A stretch of 64,000 nt of DNA from NCBI GenBank assembly GCA_964439265.1, contig CAYTOA010000001.1:133236-197235 (forward strand), written 5' to 3'. The stretch is from an uncultured Chitinophagaceae bacterium (GTDB lineage: Bacteria; Bacteroidota; Ignavibacteria; UBA10030; UBA8401). How positions within the stretch are numbered: the stretch's first letter is position 1; each line of letters starts with the position of its first letter. Shown here one piece after another: positions 8,335-16,358 of the stretch. The position numbers and the translations under genes are program-made. The notes beneath the pieces are model-generated. The model saw nothing but the letters and a program-made list of their open reading frames with translations, did not search any database and was not told where the DNA came from.

Positions 8335-11300
8335 ATGTTCAAAGAGCTTACCGACAAAATCAGTTACTCCGGCGTCGAAAAGGAGATTCTCGCGTTTTGG
8401 GATGCGAACAAGATTTTTGAACAAAGCATTACTTCGCGTGAAGGAAGGCCGCAGTATACCTTTTATGAAGGCCCACCGACTGCAAATGGCCGTCCTGGTA
8501 TTCATCATGTGATGGCTCGCGCGCTTAAGGACATCGTGTGCCGATACAAAACGATGTCAGGATACCAGGTTCACCGCAAGGCGGGATGGGATACGCACGG
8601 ACTCCCCGTCGAGATCGAAGTTGAAAAGATGCTCGGCATCAAGCACAAAGACGATATCATCGCGTACGGGGTCGAGAAGTTCAACGAGGAATGCAGAAAG
8701 TCGGTTTGGAAGTACAAGACCGAATGGGAAACAATGACGCGCGAGATGGGGTACTGGGTGGATCTCGCGCATCCCTACATCACGTTCACGAACGAGTACA
8801 TGGAATCGGTGTGGTGGGCGCTGAAGCGTTATTTCGACGGCGGGATGATCTATAAAGGTTACAAGATCCAGCCGTACTGCCCGCGCTGCGAAACGCCGCT
8901 GTCATCTCACGAAGTTGCTCTCGGGTATAAAGATGTAAAGGATCCGAGCGTGTATGTGAAGATGAAGGTAAAAGGGGAGACAAACACATATTTTCTCGTT
9001 TGGACGACAACGCCCTGGACGCTCATTTCCAACGTCGCACTGGCAGTCCATCCGGCAATAGAGTACGTCAAAGTCGAATTGATGAGCGGCGAGGATGACG
9101 CCCTCGTCGGGACAGGGGAATTCTTTATCCTCGCAAAAGCACGGCTCGGAGTCTTGAAGGATAAATATAAAATTGTTGCGGAGTATACGGGAAGGGATCT
9201 GGCCGGAAAAGAATACGAACGACTCTTTAACTATCATCAAACAAAAGAAAGAGGCTGGTACGTCGTCGAAGCGGATTTTGTAACTACGGAAGACGGATCC
9301 GGCATTGTTCACATGGCACCGGCGTACGGCGAAGACGATTACCAGACGGGCCGCAAATATGGTCTTCCGACAATCCATCCCGTTAACAAGTCGGGCGAGT
9401 TTGATGAGACGGTCACCGACTATAAGGGCAAATTCGTCAAAGATGCAGACGCAGAAATAATACAGGATTTAAAGTCGCGTAACATTCTCTACAAAAAAGA
9501 AGCGTATCTTCACAGCTACCCGCATTGCTGGCGTTGTTCATCACCGCTCCTCTATTATGCGCGCGAGTCATGGTACATCAGTACGACGAAGTACGCGGCA
9601 AGAATGATCGAATTGAATAAACAGATCAACTGGATACCTTCGGAAACCGGTTCCGGCCGTTTCGGCAACTGGCTTGAAGAGAACAAAGATTGGGCCTTGT
9701 CGCGCGACCGCTACTGGGGAACGCCGCTCCCGATCTGGGTGTGCGAAAAATGCGGACACTTGAAATGTGTTGGCAGCATCGAAGAATTGAAACAAGGAAC
9801 TAATTTTCCGCAGCCGCTCGATTTGCATAAGCCGTCTGTCGACCCCGTAATGTTTACGTGCGAAAAATGCAGCGGCACAATGAAACGGACGCCCGAGCTT
9901 ATCGACGTCTGGTTCGATTCGGGCTCGATGCCGTTCGCACAATGGCACTATCCGTTCGAGAACAAAGAAACATTCAGTAAGGCGTATCCGGCAGATTTTA
10001 TTTCTGAAGGGATCGACCAGACCCGCGGGTGGTTCTACACACTTCATTCGATCGGAACATTTCTTTTCGACAAGCCGGCGTTCAAGAATTGTCTTGTCAA
10101 CGATCTGATCCTCGACAAGCAGGGACAGAAAATGTCCAAATCGAAGGGGAACACTGTCAATCCGTTCGAGCTCATCGAAAAGTACGGGGCCGACGCGACG
10201 CGCTGGTATCTTGTTTCCAACAGCCCGGTGTGGCGCCCGACATTATTCGATGAAGAGGGAATCGCGGAAGTTCAGCGGAAGTTCTTCAGCACGCTGGTCA
10301 ATACCTACTCCTTCTTTGCGCTCTACGCGAATATCGACGAGTTTGTCTATGACGAAACGAGGATTCCGGTCGCAGAACGGGCTGAAATCGACCGCTGGAT
10401 CCTATCTTCGCTCAACACGCTCATCCAGTCCTACATGCGATACATGGATGAATACGATATTATGAAAGCGGCCCGCGCCGTGAGCGACTTCACAATAGAC
10501 CAACTTTCTAATTGGTATGTTAGAAGGAACAGGCGGCGCTTTTGGAAGAGCGAAAAAGGAAGAGACAAGACTGCCGCGTATCAGACGTTGTATGAATGCC
10601 TGGTCGCCGTGACAAAATTGATGGCCCCGTTCGCACCGTTCCTTGCCGATGAATTGTACCGCGGCCTGAACTCGGTGACAAAGAGCGAGCCGTTTCAATC
10701 AGTTCATCTTTCAACCTTGGAAAAGGTCGAAGCTGACGTCATCGACCGGGAACTTGAAGACAGGATGGATCGCGCCGTTCGGATCGTAGGGATGGTTCGC
10801 GCAATGAGGATGAAGTCGAACCTTAAAGTACGGCAGCCGTTGACGAAGATCATCGTTCCGATTTCAGACGAAGAGCAAAAACAGACCATTCTGAAAATGG
10901 AGGGAGTGATCCTGGACGAGATCAACGTGAAAGCGATCGAGTTCGTCCACGATGAATCCGACATCGTCATCAAAAAGGCAAAACCGAATTTCAGAACTTT
11001 GGGACAGAAGTACGGCAAACAGGTGCAGGCCGTCGCGGCGAAAGTCCGCGAAATGACGGCGCAGGAGATCACCTCGCTTCAGAAGACTGGCGTCTTCGTC
11101 ATTCCGGTGAACGGCGATACGTTCTCCATATCGAAGGAGGACGTGGAAGTGCAGCACGAAGACCTTCACGGATGGCTTGTCGAATCGGATGCAGGATTGA
11201 CCGTCGCACTTGATACCGAAATTACCCCCCAGCTGCGAAATGAAGGATTCGCTCGAGAATTTGTCAACCGGGTGCAGAACATGAGGAAGGATGCCGGTTT

Positions 11301-11496
11301 CGACGTGACAGACAGAATTTCGATTTACTACTCGGGAACCGAGGCACTTAACGCAGCTCTAGAATCAATGAAAGACTACATTGCCCACGAAACGCTTGCC
11401 GTCGACGTCCACTCTACGCTGCATGCGGGCGAAATCTCGACAAAGGACAATATCAACGGCGAGCAATGCGACATCAGCATCGAGCGGGCGAGGTAA
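8335..11496 (+). CDS. ileS: Isoleucine--tRNA ligase
   Basis: HIGH-type motif PTANGRPGIHHV, KMSKS present, CP1 editing insert, and zinc-binding CPRC...CWRC / CEKC...CEKC motifs. The ATG at 8335 is preferred over the in-frame TTG at 8326. Confidence 0.95.
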   Translation: MFKELTDKISYSGVEKEILAFWDANKIFEQSITSREGRPQYTFYEGPPTANGRPGIHHVMARALKDIVCRYKTMSGYQVHRKAGWDTHGLPVEIEVEKMLGIKHKDDIIAYGVEKFNEECRKSVWKYKTEWETMTREMGYWVDLAHPYITFTNEYMESVWWALKRYFDGGMIYKGYKIQPYCPRCETPLSSHEVALGYKDVKDPSVYVKMKVKGETNTYFLVWTTTPWTLISNVALAVHPAIEYVKVELMSGEDDALVGTGEFFILAKARLGVLKDKYKIVAEYTGRDLAGKEYERLFNYHQTKERGWYVVEADFVTTEDGSGIVHMAPAYGEDDYQTGRKYGLPTIHPVNKSGEFDETVTDYKGKFVKDADAEIIQDLKSRNILYKKEAYLHSYPHCWRCSSPLLYYARESWYISTTKYAARMIELNKQINWIPSETGSGRFGNWLEENKDWALSRDRYWGTPLPIWVCEKCGHLKCVGSIEELKQGTNFPQPLDLHKPSVDPVMFTCEKCSGTMKRTPELIDVWFDSGSMPFAQWHYPFENKETFSKAYPADFISEGIDQTRGWFYTLHSIGTFLFDKPAFKNCLVNDLILDKQGQKMSKSKGNTVNPFELIEKYGADATRWYLVSNSPVWRPTLFDEEGIAEVQRKFFSTLVNTYSFFALYANIDEFVYDETRIPVAERAEIDRWILSSLNTLIQSYMRYMDEYDIMKAARAVSDFTIDQLSNWYVRRNRRRFWKSEKGRDKTAAYQTLYECLVAVTKLMAPFAPFLADELYRGLNSVTKSEPFQSVHLSTLEKVEADVIDRELEDRMDRAVRIVGMVRAMRMKSNLKVRQPLTKIIVPISDEEQKQTILKMEGVILDEINVKAIEFVHDESDIVIKKAKPNFRTLGQKYGKQVQAVAAKVREMTAQEITSLQKTGVFVIPVNGDTFSISKEDVEVQHEDLHGWLVESDAGLTVALDTEITPQLRNEGFAREFVNRVQNMRKDAGFDVTDRISIYYSGTEALNAALESMKDYIAHETLAVDVHSTLHAGEISTKDNINGEQCDISIERAR

Positions 11497-11544
11497 GACC
11501 AGTGACGACGCTAATTCATAATCTATTCATTTCGAGGGATTTCC

Positions 11545-12069
11545 ATGGCAAAAGCAGTTACTGCAAAGAAAAAGATCGTCGGAGTTAAAAAAGGAGTGGG
11601 AGTTATGGCTGCGAAAGCAAAACGAAAAAAAGTTGCCCCCAAAGCGGCGGATAAGATCATGGCCAAAGCGGTGCCGGAAAAACGACCCGTGAAGGTGAAG
11701 GGGTACGGAGTGAAAGATCTAGAACACTTCAAAGTCATCATCATGGAAAAGAGGAAGGAGATTCTCGAGGAGCTTCAGATTCTCAAAGAGAGCATGATGG
11801 ATGTTACGACCGGAGAATACGCGAACGAGAACTCCACCTACTCAATGCATATGGAACAGGGAACGGACGCGATGGAGAGGGAAAAGACATTCTTGTTCGC
11901 GTCCAGGGAGGGCAAGTTCTTGAACTATCTGGAGGATGCGTTGAAGCGGATAGAAAAAGGCACCTACGGATTTTGCACCGATTGCGGCAAGCTGATCGAA
12001 AAAGAACGGCTGGAAGCCGTTCCCCATGCTCAGCTTTGTATCCGGTGCAAAGTAAAAAAGGGCAGGTAA
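11545..12069 (+). CDS. DksA/TraR-family C4 zinc-finger protein with a Lys/Ala/Val-rich N-terminal tail
   Basis: 174 aa with the C-terminal motif CTDCGKLIEKERLEAVPHAQLCIRC. The first ~55 aa are MAKAVTAKKKIVGVKKGVGVMAAKAKRKKVAPKAADK... Confidence 0.88.
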   Translation: MAKAVTAKKKIVGVKKGVGVMAAKAKRKKVAPKAADKIMAKAVPEKRPVKVKGYGVKDLEHFKVIIMEKRKEILEELQILKESMMDVTTGEYANENSTYSMHMEQGTDAMEREKTFLFASREGKFLNYLEDALKRIEKGTYGFCTDCGKLIEKERLEAVPHAQLCIRCKVKKGR

Positions 12070-12122
12070 CAAATTTCGCACAACCTTCAGGAAATCGTGA
12101 AGTGAGAATACTATACGTAACG

Positions 12123-12713
12123 ATGTGTGTCGTGCTCGGCGACCAGGCGACGAAGTTGTTCATCAAAGGGTTTTCGATCTCAGCCCTCGGAATTCATGTG
12201 AAAGGGATTCCCCTCGGATCCACGATTCCGGTTTTTGGCAATTTCTGCCGGCTGACGTACATCGAAAACCCCGGAATGGCGTTCGGCATCGACGTCGGAG
12301 GCAAATTATTCTTCTCGCTCTTCTCTGTTCTTGCGAGCATCGGCATTTTATTCTATTTGTACAAAATGAGGAACGAACGGCTGTTATTTCGTTTTTCGCT
12401 CGCCCTCATTCTTGGGGGAGCCATCGGCAATCTTATCGACCGGGTTTTTTACGGCGTGCTCTTCAACGACGGGGGATTGTTTTACGGAAAAGTTGTGGAT
12501 TTCATCGACATCGATTTTTTTAGCGTCAGCCTTTTCGGATACCACCTCTCCCGCTGGCCCATCTTCAATATCGCTGATTCTTCAGTGACGGTCGGCGTGT
12601 TGATCCTGCTGATCTTTCATCGGAGTTTCGTCATCGAGGAAGAAGAGATCGGGAAGCCTTCTCTGGAGCCCGCACCGGCCTCTCCGGAATCTCCGCCCAA
12701 AGTCAGATCGTAA
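12123..12713 (+). CDS. lspA: Lipoprotein signal peptidase II
   Basis: DQATK, NPGMAFG, LGGAIGNLIDR and FNIADSSVTVG motifs. The track ORF starts at 11973 inside dksA; the ATG at 12123 (or GTG at 12102) is a more plausible start. Confidence 0.88.
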   Translation: MCVVLGDQATKLFIKGFSISALGIHVKGIPLGSTIPVFGNFCRLTYIENPGMAFGIDVGGKLFFSLFSVLASIGILFYLYKMRNERLLFRFSLALILGGAIGNLIDRVFYGVLFNDGGLFYGKVVDFIDIDFFSVSLFGYHLSRWPIFNIADSSVTVGVLILLIFHRSFVIEEEEIGKPSLEPAPASPESPPKVRS

Positions 12714-12762
12714 TCCTTCTACCATTCCGGTCTCGGTGTCTCATGTGTGCGCGGATCCCGCA

Positions 12763-13713
12763 ATGAAACGCAAGTTCGACATTGTTGTACCCGCTGGGCA
12801 AAAAAAAGAACGCCTCGATGTGTATTTGACGTCGCACGTAGAGAACGCAACGCGCACAAAGGTCCAGGAAGCGATCCGCATCGGCGAAGTTGTAGTAGAT
12901 GGAAAGCAGGTAAAGTCAAGCCACGCGATAAGCCCTGGCGAGATCATCCACATCGAACTTTCCCGACCGGAACCGCCTGAAGTCCTCCCCGAAAACATTC
13001 CTCTCGATATTGTCTACGAAGACAAGTATCTCCTCGTCGTGAACAAACCCGCGGGCATGGTCACTCATCCGGCATACAAGAATTATTCCGGGACACTCGT
13101 GAACGCGCTGCTGTTTCATTCGCAGTCTCTTTCGAAGGCGCATCCTCTCCGTCCGGGCATCGTGCACCGGCTGGATAAAGACACCTCCGGATTGCTGGTC
13201 GTCGCAAAGGATGAAACGACGCACCAAAAACTCTCGCGGCAATTTGCCAACAAGACAACAGAACGAGAATACCGAGCGATCGTCTGGGGCGTATTCAAAA
13301 CTTCCGAAGGAATCATCGAAGCGCAGCTCGGCCGAAGTAAGAGCGACAGGAAGAAAGTTGCTGTGGTTAAAGAGGGGAAATACGCAGTGACTGAGTACGA
13401 AGTGATGGAACAGTTCACTTATCTTGCGCTGCTCCGGCTCCGCCTGCGGACGGGACGTACCCACCAAATTCGCGTTCATCTTGCGCATATTCATCATCCG
13501 GTTTTTGGAGATGAGACGTACGGCGGAAGAAAAATTACAGGAGTTGACGGCAAGAAGAAGGCAGAGGCCGCGAACCTTCTCGAAACAATATCACGCCAGG
13601 CACTTCATGCAAAGAAACTGGGGTTTGTACATCCGGCGACCAAAGAGTTCATGCGGTTCGATTCTGAATTGCCGGACGATATGAAAGGGATATTGGAGTT
13701 TCTGGAGAAATAA
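12763..13713 (+). CDS. rluD: RluA/RluD-family 23S rRNA pseudouridine synthase
   Basis: S4 domain (RLDVYLTSHV) plus the catalytic HRLDKDTSGLLVVAK and RTGRTHQIRVHL motifs. Start taken at MKRKFD. Confidence 0.9.
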   Translation: MKRKFDIVVPAGQKKERLDVYLTSHVENATRTKVQEAIRIGEVVVDGKQVKSSHAISPGEIIHIELSRPEPPEVLPENIPLDIVYEDKYLLVVNKPAGMVTHPAYKNYSGTLVNALLFHSQSLSKAHPLRPGIVHRLDKDTSGLLVVAKDETTHQKLSRQFANKTTEREYRAIVWGVFKTSEGIIEAQLGRSKSDRKKVAVVKEGKYAVTEYEVMEQFTYLALLRLRLRTGRTHQIRVHLAHIHHPVFGDETYGGRKITGVDGKKKAEAANLLETISRQALHAKKLGFVHPATKEFMRFDSELPDDMKGILEFLEK

Positions 13714-13715
13714 TC

Positions 13716-13773
13716 CCCTCACCCAGTCCTTCGGACATCCCACTCCCGAAAGGAGAGGGACTAAGGGTGAGGG
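13716..13773 (+). repeat. GC-rich nested-hairpin repeat, copy A (upstream of the DUF559 gene)
   Basis: Sequence CCCTCACCCAGTCCTTCGGACATCCCACTCCCGAAAGGAGAGGGACTAAGGGTGAGGG. Outer stem CCCTCACCC/GGGTGAGGG; inner stems AGTCC/GGACT and CTCC/GGAG. Confidence 0.8.
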
Positions 13774-13796
13774 AGCTACTAGCTCGGGGGGATCCA

Positions 13797-14174
13797 ATGG
13801 GGAAACGATTCATCTCTTCGTCTCAATTTTCAACAACGAAGGCCCGTGCGCTTCGTCGGACGATGACTCCGGCGGAAAAGAGGTTCTGGTTGCTGGTGAG
13901 GAACAATCATATGGGCGTTAAATTTCGGAGACAATTCTCCATCGGCCCTTACATTGTAGATTTCTTTTGTTTTTCTGCGAAATTGGTAGTAGAGCTGGAT
14001 GGGAGTCGGCATTTTACCAGAGAAGGGAAAGAACAAGATTTTCATCGCGGTCAATTTCTACAAGCGCTCGGGATCACGGTACTTCGGTTTTCGAACAAGG
14101 AATTTTTAGCGAATCAGGAGGGAGTGATGCGGCTGATTTGGGAAAGTTCGCACAAAAAGGATCCCTCACCCTGA
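13797..14174 (+). CDS. DUF559 (Vsr-like fold) endonuclease-domain protein
   Basis: ARALRRTMTPAEKRFWLLVR...FRRQFSIGPYIVDFFC...LVVELDGSRH...VLRFSNKE matches the DUF559 pattern I know. The track start at 13767 lies inside repeat A, so the ATG at 13797 is preferred. Confidence 0.8.
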   Translation: MGKRFISSSQFSTTKARALRRTMTPAEKRFWLLVRNNHMGVKFRRQFSIGPYIVDFFCFSAKLVVELDGSRHFTREGKEQDFHRGQFLQALGITVLRFSNKEFLANQEGVMRLIWESSHKKDPSP

Positions 14175-14196
14175 CCCTCTCCCTTTGGAAGAGGGA
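14163..14196 (+). repeat. GC-rich repeat, partial copy B (overlaps the DUF559 stop codon)
   Basis: CCCTCACCCTGACCCTCTCCCTTTGGAAGAGGGA, with hairpin CCCTCT/AGAGGG. Its 5' CCTCACCCT is complementary to AGGGTGAGG at 14292-14300. Confidence 0.7.
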
Positions 14197-14249
14197 ATTA
14201 TGTCGAGATTATTTCTTTAAATGATTATTTGCTGCTATTGGAAAAGTTT

Positions 14250-14300
14250 CCCTCTCCTTGGAGGAGAGGGATGTCCCGACGAAGTCGGGACAGGGTGAGG
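14250..14300 (-). repeat. GC-rich nested-hairpin repeat, copy C (inverted relative to copy A)
   Basis: The reverse complement reads CCTCACCCTGTCCCGACTTCGTCGGGACATCCCTCTCCTCCAAGGAGAGGG and aligns block by block with copy A. Internal perfect hairpins are CCCTCTCC/GGAGAGGG and GTCCCGAC-GAA-GTCGGGAC. Confidence 0.8.
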
Positions 14301-14308
14301 TTCTAATA

Positions 14309-15133
14309 TTACTTCTGAGATTTTTCTTCCAGACGGACCTTCTCGATGTTCGGAGTGAAAATTACCACAAACGCTTCCTCGAGCTTCACAAAATCCACCG
14401 CCGGTACAACTTCTACCCGCTTGAACAGACTGCCCGATATCTCGGTCACAGCGCCGACGACTCCTATCTTGATGTTCGGCGGAAATACATTGCTGTATTC
14501 CGACGTCACGATTGCATCCCCAGTACGGACGTCGAGCGACTTTGCGATATTCTTCAGCATGACGGACCTGCCGTCCCACGCGATGATGCCGTCAACCCTG
14601 CTTCGCTGGACTTTGGCGCTTGCCCGAAAGTCTGCGTTGAGCATCGCCTGGCAGACTGAATAGTCTCCGCTGACAGCGATCACCCTTCCGACTAGCCCCT
14701 CGCCGGTGACCACGGGCATCCCGACTGCAACGCCGTCGTTTTCACCGATGTTCATCGTCAGCGTATTCCGTAGAAGGTTGAGATTCTTTGCAACGATCTT
14801 CCCGGCGATGAGCTTTGTTGTCGTTGTTTCTTTCAATGCGATCATGGAGCGGAGGCGCATGTTCTCTAGCCGCGCCTCCCGAAGTTGATTGACTTCATCG
14901 GCGAGGTTCACATTCATTTTTCGCAGCATTTCGTTCTCGCGCTCCATCTCGAAAACGTTCGGAATTACCGACACGGTGCTTTGGAAGGCGCCGACCATTC
15001 CCACCGCCAGCGAGCGAATACGCCGGACCTGTTCGTTATCATTCTGGGTGAGAAGGCCGATAGAGACGAGTACGAGGAAGGAAAAAATGATATACTCTTT
15101 GAAGAGAAAGTACAGTTGGTAGAGGCGCTGCAT
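14309..15133 (-). CDS. mreC: Rod shape-determining protein MreC
   Basis: 274 aa with an N-terminal TM helix, a coiled coil (ENEMLRKMNVNLADEVNQLRE) and a beta-barrel C-terminal region. It lies directly downstream of mreB. Confidence 0.9.
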   Translation of the reverse strand: MQRLYQLYFLFKEYIIFSFLVLVSIGLLTQNDNEQVRRIRSLAVGMVGAFQSTVSVIPNVFEMERENEMLRKMNVNLADEVNQLREARLENMRLRSMIALKETTTTKLIAGKIVAKNLNLLRNTLTMNIGENDGVAVGMPVVTGEGLVGRVIAVSGDYSVCQAMLNADFRASAKVQRSRVDGIIAWDGRSVMLKNIAKSLDVRTGDAIVTSEYSNVFPPNIKIGVVGAVTEISGSLFKRVEVVPAVDFVKLEEAFVVIFTPNIEKVRLEEKSQK

Positions 15134-15137
15134 TTTT

Positions 15138-15197
15138 CAATGATCAGTGATCAGTGAACAATGATCAGGAGGGATTTTCATTGTTCATTGATCATTG
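15138..15197. repeat. Imperfect hairpin between mreB and mreC (CAATGATCAGTGAACA word family)
   Basis: Left arm CAATGATCAGTGATCAGTGAACAATGA (15138-15164); right arm TCATTGTTCATTGATCATTG (15178-15197). This gives a 20-bp stem with one G-U pair and a 7-nt bulge. Confidence 0.75.
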
Positions 15198-15211
15198 TTA
15201 ATTGTTAATTG

Positions 15212-16237
15212 TTAATACCGCCGGTTCTTAATAAGCACTTTTGAATAGTGGTTCAAGTTTTCCAGGACCTTTCCCGTGCCGCGGACGACGGCGGTCAGCG
15301 GGTCTTCAGCGACATGGACGGGCAAATTTGTTTCGAGCCTGAGCCGCTCATCCAGTCCCTTCAGCAGCGCACCTCCACCAGACAGCATGATGCCTCGGTC
15401 GAGAATATCCGAGGAAAGCTCGGGAGGAGTCCGTTCCAGGGTTAATTTGACGGCGTCGACGATCTGCTGGATGCACTCGTTCAGCGATTCCCGGATCTCC
15501 ACCGAACTTGCTTCCGTAGTTTTTGGAATTCCGTTCACAAGGTCACGCCCTTTGACCTGGATCGTCACTTCTTCTTTGAGCGGCATCACCGACCCGACCT
15601 CGCACTTGATCGCTTCCGCCGTACGTTCGCCGATGAGAATGTTATGATTCTTCTTGAAGAACTGGATGATCGCTGAATTCATTTCATCGCCTGCGATGCG
15701 GATGGATTCCTCGTTCACGATTCCCGACAGTGCAATGACGGCGATCTCCGTCGTTCCGCCCCCTATGTCGACGACCATGTTGCCCACGGGGTTGTCGACG
15801 TCGAGTCCGACGCCGATCGCCGCGGCCATCGGCTCCGCGATAAGGTGCACTTCTTTTGCCCCTGCATGTTCGGCTGAGTCCCGCACGGCACGCTTTTCTA
15901 CCTCCGTCACGCCGCTGGGTACGCAGATGACGATGCGCCGGCTCGGCAGCCAGTTTGCGTGGATTTTTTTTATGAACTCCCGCAGCATCCCCTCTGCGAT
16001 TTCAAAATCTGCGATAACTCCGTCTTTCATCGGCCGGATGGTGCGGATGTCGCGGTGCGTGCGTCCGAGCATTTCTCTCGCTTCGTTTCCGATCGCGACT
16101 ATTTTTTTTGTGTTCCGGTCAAAGGCGACGATCGATGGTTCATTGAGGACGATGCCTTTGCCCTTCATATGGATAAGCGTATTGGCCGTACCGAGGTCGA
16201 TTGCGAGGTCTGCGGAAAATAAGGAAAGAATTCCCAT
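15212..16237 (-). CDS. mreB: Rod shape-determining protein MreB
   Basis: DLAIDLGTANTLI, the phosphate-2 motif DIGGGTTEIAV, and LSGGGALLKGLD. The ATG at 16237 is preferred over the TTG at 16246. Confidence 0.95.
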   Translation of the reverse strand: MGILSLFSADLAIDLGTANTLIHMKGKGIVLNEPSIVAFDRNTKKIVAIGNEAREMLGRTHRDIRTIRPMKDGVIADFEIAEGMLREFIKKIHANWLPSRRIVICVPSGVTEVEKRAVRDSAEHAGAKEVHLIAEPMAAAIGVGLDVDNPVGNMVVDIGGGTTEIAVIALSGIVNEESIRIAGDEMNSAIIQFFKKNHNILIGERTAEAIKCEVGSVMPLKEEVTIQVKGRDLVNGIPKTTEASSVEIRESLNECIQQIVDAVKLTLERTPPELSSDILDRGIMLSGGGALLKGLDERLRLETNLPVHVAEDPLTAVVRGTGKVLENLNHYSKVLIKNRRY

Positions 16238-16358
16238 TTGTATCAATGTCCGAAAGTTAAATAAAATGCTGATGAAAAATACAAAATTCTAGCCCCAAAA
16301 TCCTAAATAATATCGACAATCGTAACATTTACCCGATAAGAGTTCGAGTCCCGCCGGT

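Noticed and set aside
11973-12122. N-terminal 50-aa extension of the lspA ORF; likewise the upstream extensions of the nuoB (25699-25809), nuoC (25032-25214), exonuclease (44167-44337), four-helix-bundle (36968-37114) and hisF (31783-31812) ORFs
   Set aside because: The extensions overlap the preceding genes or a repeat arm, and the conserved protein N-termini begin at the internal start codons.
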